Positions 59,997-64,000 of a DNA stretch of 64,000 nucleotides are shown here, piece by piece. The stretch lies in the sequence record SRR22947727_788; one strand, given 5' to 3'. The notes below the pieces were generated by a model that did not search any database, had not been told where the DNA came from, and was given only the letters and a program-made list of their open reading frames with translations. Position 1 is the stretch's first letter. The number at the start of each line of letters is the position of its first letter. The translations under genes and the position numbers were made by a program.

Positions 59997-60833
59997 GTGG
60001 AGTGGTGGTTAGCGCCTTTTGAGCTGGGATTTCAGCAGCGTGCGCTGATAGGCGGCATGCTTGCCGCCCTCATGGCCTCCACTGTGGGGACCTGGTTAGT
60101 GCTCCGAGGAATGAGTTTCTTCGGCGACGCTTTCGTCCACGGTGTCATCCCGGGAGTGGCTGCCGCGGTCGTCCTTGACATTAACCCGCTTCTGGGGGCT
60201 GCCGTGGCAGCAGCGATCATGGTGTTCGCGATTGAGTTGGTGCAACGCAAGACCGTGCTCGGCGAGGACACTTCCATTGGACTGTTGTTTGTCGGAATGC
60301 TGGCACTGGGTGTGGTCATTATTTCCCGATTGGATTCCTACTCGGGCAGCCTCACCAGCATCCTGTTTGGGGATGCGCTCGGCGTTACCTGGAGCGACAT
60401 TGCGGGGCAGTTAGTGGTCCTCGGGATTGTGGTGATCGTGTCCACTGTCCTCTATCGCCCTCTCATTGCGTTGAGTCTCTCCAAGGACAAGGCGGAGTTG
60501 CTCGGGATGCGCCCAGGGCTTGCACACGCGGCGCTGTTGGTGTTGATAGCGCTGGCGGTCATTGGTAGCTACCAATCGGTGGGAACGCTTCTGGTTTTTG
60601 GTCTTCTCGTTGGTCCGCCCGCTGCGGCAAGCCTGCTGTCTCGAACCATCTCCCGCATGATGCTGATTGCTGCGGTGATTGGTGTGCTCTCTGTCTGGAT
60701 AGGGCTCACCATCAGTTACTACTGGGGTACGGCCGCCTCGGCAACGATGGCGCTGGTGCCGATTGTTCTGTTCTTCACTGTCTTGACAGTGAAGAACATT
60801 GTCGAATCCGCGAGAGCGCGGGTGAGCGAATGA
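59997..60833 (+). CDS. znuB: Metal ABC transporter permease
   Basis: LRGMSFFGDA..H..IPG, ILFGD, VG.LLV. Confidence 0.88.
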   Translation: MEWWLAPFELGFQQRALIGGMLAALMASTVGTWLVLRGMSFFGDAFVHGVIPGVAAAVVLDINPLLGAAVAAAIMVFAIELVQRKTVLGEDTSIGLLFVGMLALGVVIISRLDSYSGSLTSILFGDALGVTWSDIAGQLVVLGIVVIVSTVLYRPLIALSLSKDKAELLGMRPGLAHAALLVLIALAVIGSYQSVGTLLVFGLLVGPPAAASLLSRTISRMMLIAAVIGVLSVWIGLTISYYWGTAASATMALVPIVLFFTVLTVKNIVESARARVSE

Positions 60834-61621
60834 ACGATGTGATCAGAGGACAGGATGTCGTGATCGTCCGTGATGGGCATGTTGCTCTTGCCTCCTCCAC
60901 CTTCAGAGTTCCTGAAGCGGCCATCACCGCCGTGATTGGACCCAACGGAAGCGGGAAGTCCACACTGCTGCACGCAGCGACCGGTCTGTTGCCCCTGGAA
61001 TCCGGAACTATCGAGGTTCTGGGAAAACCCCCCGTGGAGGCGCGAGGGGAAGTCGCCTACGTGGTTCAGCACATGAACGTCAATCCGGGAATTCCGATGA
61101 CCGTGCGAGAGGTAGTGTCCATGGGCCGCTATCCCTCTACAGGGCTCCTGAAGCGTTTGAGCACAGCAGATAAAGCCCAGGTGAATGACGCGATGGCGCT
61201 GCTGCGTATTGACGATCTCGCTGATCGTCAGGTGGCCAGGCTGTCGGGGGGTCAGCGGCAAAGGGTTTTCGTGGCTCAAGCTCTCGCCCAAGACCACAGA
61301 GTCTTGTTCATGGATGAACCACTGACGGGTCTGGACATTCAGTCTGCACAGACAATTGACGACATCATGCACGAAGAACCCGCGCGCGGATGTTCGGTCG
61401 TGTTCACCACCCACGATCTCGAAGAAGCTCGCGCTGCTGATCACGTGATCCTCGTGAGTGGCTACGTTGTCGCCGATGGTGCACCGGAGGACGTGCTGAC
61501 ACCCGAGAACCTGGCCACGGCGTATGGCCTGGGGTTGCTCCACCCCGAGAACACGGCAGGACTGGGGATAATTGATGACGCCCACGATCCGCACCACAGC
61601 CATGAGCAGGACAATGTGTGA
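60830..61621 (+). CDS. znuC: Metal ABC transporter ATPase
   Basis: GPNGSGKS, LSGGQRQR, MDEP, THDL; His-rich tail. Confidence 0.88.
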   Translation: MNDVIRGQDVVIVRDGHVALASSTFRVPEAAITAVIGPNGSGKSTLLHAATGLLPLESGTIEVLGKPPVEARGEVAYVVQHMNVNPGIPMTVREVVSMGRYPSTGLLKRLSTADKAQVNDAMALLRIDDLADRQVARLSGGQRQRVFVAQALAQDHRVLFMDEPLTGLDIQSAQTIDDIMHEEPARGCSVVFTTHDLEEARAADHVILVSGYVVADGAPEDVLTPENLATAYGLGLLHPENTAGLGIIDDAHDPHHSHEQDNV

Positions 61622-62016
61622 TGAAACGCAACACGAAGCAGCGTGAGGAAGTCTGGCAAGCGCTGGAGGCGACACCAGAGTTCGTGAGCGCCCAGGAGTT
61701 GCACCAGAAATTGCGCAGTACCGGTTCCACGATTGGCTTGGCGACCGTCTATCGGACTCTGAATGCGCTTGCCGAAGAAGGAAGTGCTGATGCGCTCAGC
61801 ATCGAAGGGGAAAACCTTTACCGCGCATGTTCTCCTGGCCACCATCACCACTTGATTTGCCGGGAATGTGGAACGACTACAGAGATAGAAGCGGGTGAAG
61901 TGGAAGCCTGGGCAAAGTCCATTGCCCAGAAACATGGGTACGCAGATCCCCAGCACATCGTCGACATCTTTGGGACCTGCCCCAGCTGCCATTCAGGGGT
62001 TGCTCCCAGCCCGTAG
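61621..62016 (+). CDS. zur: Fur-family regulator Zur
   Basis: TKQR, GLATVYRTL, HHHHLICREC, GTCPSC; in the znu operon. Confidence 0.85.
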   Translation: MKRNTKQREEVWQALEATPEFVSAQELHQKLRSTGSTIGLATVYRTLNALAEEGSADALSIEGENLYRACSPGHHHHLICRECGTTTEIEAGEVEAWAKSIAQKHGYADPQHIVDIFGTCPSCHSGVAPSP

Positions 62017-62167
62017 AGCGCGTACAGTGGGGGTTTGGTTCAGCCACCTAGCGCTGTATCTTGTGCGCACAGAGGCCTCATCTCTTCGGAAATAAGTCTC
62101 TGATTGCGTGCCGACAAGTGACCTTGGGTAGGACAGTAGTCCTACGGTAGCGATAACAGGAGGAAAC

Positions 62168-62404
62168 ATGGCAGCAGTCTGCCAAGTGACCGGAGCCACC
62201 CCTGGTTTTGGACACAACATCTCACACTCGCACCGCCGCACGAAGCGTCGGTTCGATCCGAACATCCAGAAGAAGACGTACTTTGTGCCGTCTCTGAAGC
62301 GCAACGTGACGTTGACGCTGTCAGTGAAGGGAATCAAGACCATTGATGCCCGCGGTATTGAGTCCGTCGTTGCAGAGCTACTCGCTCGTGGGGAGAAGAT
62401 CTAA
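62168..62404 (+). CDS. rpmB: 50S ribosomal protein L28
   Basis: [28 protein letters not shown]. Confidence 0.95.
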   Translation: MAAVCQVTGATPGFGHNISHSHRRTKRRFDPNIQKKTYFVPSLKRNVTLTLSVKGIKTIDARGIESVVAELLARGEKI

Positions 62405-62571
62405 TGGCTAAAGCACAAGACGTTCGCCCCATCATCAAGCTTCGTTCCACCGCTGGTACGGGCTACACCTATGTCACCCGTAAGAACCGTCGTAACGATC
62501 CCGACCGTCTGGTCTTGAAGAAGTACGACCCCGTAGTGCGTCAGCACGTCGAATTCCGCGAGGAGCGTTAA
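62404..62571 (+). CDS. rpmG: 50S ribosomal protein L33 (no Cys)
   Basis: Hand translation [55 protein letters not shown]. Confidence 0.95.
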   Translation: MAKAQDVRPIIKLRSTAGTGYTYVTRKNRRNDPDRLVLKKYDPVVRQHVEFREER

Positions 62572-62573
62572 GC

Positions 62574-62879
62574 ATGGCTAAGAAAAGCAAGATTGCGCGC
62601 AACGAACAGCGCAAGGTAATCGTTGAGCGGTACGCCGAGAAGCGTCTCGAGCTCAAGAAGGCACTCGTTGACCCGAACGGAACCGATGAGTCGCGTGAAG
62701 CAGCTCGTCTCGGTCTGCAGAAGCTTCCTCGCAACGCGTCTCCCGTTCGCGTCCGTGGACGTGACGCCATTGATGGTCGCCCTCGTGGTTTCCTGAGCAA
62801 ATATGGCGTTTCCCGTGTCAGATTCCGCGAAATGGCACACCGGGGCGAATTGCCGGGCATTACGAAGTCCAGCTGGTAA
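62574..62879 (+). CDS. rpsN: 30S ribosomal protein S14 (long, no Cys)
   Basis: [31 protein letters not shown]. Confidence 0.96.
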   Translation: MAKKSKIARNEQRKVIVERYAEKRLELKKALVDPNGTDESREAARLGLQKLPRNASPVRVRGRDAIDGRPRGFLSKYGVSRVRFREMAHRGELPGITKSSW

Positions 62880-62949
62880 CTTTTTTGGTGGCTCGGGAGT
62901 GATTCTGGGCCGAGCCGAAATACCTACCAAGTCCGAGGAGGACAACGTT

Positions 62950-63222
62950 ATGAATCGCTCAGAACTTGTTGCAGCAGTTGCTGCGCACACTGGCCACAGC
63001 CAGGCAGCAGTGAACGGCGTCGTTGACGCTATCTTCGCCGTGGTGTCCAAGGAAGTTGCCCAGGGCAACAAGGTCACCATCCCCGGTTGGGTTTCCTTCG
63101 ACCGCACTCACCGTGCAGCTCGTCAGGGACGCAACCCCCAGACCGGTGCGACAATTCAGATCGCCGCATCCAAGAGCGTCAAGGTTTCTGCTGGTAGCAA
63201 GCTGAAGGCTGCTGTCAAGTAG
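62950..63222 (+). CDS. hup: HU family DNA-binding protein
   Basis: MNRSELV, ARQGRNPQTG. Confidence 0.92.
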   Translation: MNRSELVAAVAAHTGHSQAAVNGVVDAIFAVVSKEVAQGNKVTIPGWVSFDRTHRAARQGRNPQTGATIQIAASKSVKVSAGSKLKAAVK

Positions 63223-63238
63223 TTTCTGACTCACTCAC

Positions 63239-63274
63239 ACATCAGGGACGACCACTGTTGGTCGTCCCTGATGT
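63239..63274 (+). terminator. Hairpin after hup
   Basis: ACATCAGGGACGACCA-CTGT-TGGTCGTCCCTGATGT, perfect 16-bp stem. Confidence 0.7.
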
Positions 63275-63323
63275 CGTTAACAGCTGAGTCATCGCCCTCA
63301 GGCCCCTCGCCTACACTTTTGAT

Positions 63324-64000
63324 GTGACGACACGGTGGCCCCTTTCCTTTGTGGCCGTGCTCTCTCTCCTCATCGGAGGGATGCTGGCAGCCCTCCTCGT
63401 GGGTTTGGCCGCTGGGGGTGGCGCTGAGCCTTTGCTCCTGGTCGACCCTGGTGACGTTGTCCGTTACGGGATTCCCAGCGCCAAGGCGCTCGTCCACCTC
63501 GGAGCAGCTCTGGCCATTGGCTCCCTGATGCTGGCGGCTTTCGCCCTTGCCCCGAAGGACCCAGGCTTTGACGCGTCGTTGGTGGTTGCTGCCCTTGGCG
63601 CAGCGCTGATGACGCTGGCTTCGGCCATCAGCGCCTTTTTGACGTTCTTGGCGATCTATCTGGAGCCAGTGACCCTCACCCAGCAATTTGGTGACGTGTT
63701 GTGGCTTTTCGTGGTGGAGACAGAGATTGGTCGGGCGTGGCTGATTTCGACGATGCTGTCGGCAATCGTGACGGTCCTCGCGCTCCTTGTCCGCTCACAT
63801 ACCGGTGTTTTCTTCACCGGGGTTGTGGCAGTGGCGTCGCTGTGGCCGCTAGCGGAACTCGGCCATGCGGCTGGCACAGCGAACCACGAGGCAGCGGTCA
63901 GTGCGTCCTTCACTCACAGCGTCTTTGCGGCGATGTGGGTGGGTGGTCTTGCGATGGTGGCCATCCTTGGCTGGAGAGTTGATCGCACAGCGGTGCCCTT
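63324..64000 (+). CDS. CopD-like/cytochrome c oxidase assembly membrane protein, runs off the window
   Basis: Hand translation MTTRWPLSF...DPGDVVRYGIP...GHAAG..NH....H....MWVGGL; GTG 6 nt after TACACT. Confidence 0.75.
   Translation, partial: MTTRWPLSFVAVLSLLIGGMLAALLVGLAAGGGAEPLLLVDPGDVVRYGIPSAKALVHLGAALAIGSLMLAAFALAPKDPGFDASLVVAALGAALMTLASAISAFLTFLAIYLEPVTLTQQFGDVLWLFVVETEIGRAWLISTMLSAIVTVLALLVRSHTGVFFTGVVAVASLWPLAELGHAAGTANHEAAVSASFTHSVFAAMWVGGLAMVAILGWRVDRTAVP

Overview
This is the replication-origin region of a high-GC actinobacterium. Gene order and protein features fit a compact Microbacteriaceae-like genome (inference). The backbone, left to right: partial tRNA-Leu; fhaA-fhaB-pstP-rodA-pbpA-pknA-pknB; trpG/pabA, crgA, rhomboid, ppiA; tRNA-Ala/tRNA-Ile; gyrA-gyrB-dciA-recF-dnaN-oriC-dnaA; rpmH-rnpA-yidD-yidC-jag-rsmG-parA-parB with two perfect parS sites; trxA/trxB, murJ, CCA-adding enzyme; rpsF-ssb-rpsR-rplI, dnaB, purB, a 2-oxoacid dehydrogenase E1a/E1b/E2 operon; a Zur-boxed znuABC-zur operon; zinc-independent-type rpmB-rpmG-rpsN; hup. 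An accessory region lies between ppiA and tRNA-Ala (about 11.9-24.1 kb). The most striking feature is at 19.9-24.1 kb: five single-gene modules of about 0.37-1.8 kb stacked at the 3' end of tRNA-Ala(TGC). Each is delimited by a conserved, gapless 84-bp repeat (four full copies, one truncated). The repeat starts with a copy of the tRNA-Ala 3' end inside a 7-7-7 inverted-repeat core and ends in two TTACAACTA direct repeats. No integrase is present in the window. I interpret this as a candidate tRNA-anchored, integron-like gene-cassette accretion system mobilised in trans by a tyrosine recombinase; that mechanism is inferred, not demonstrated.
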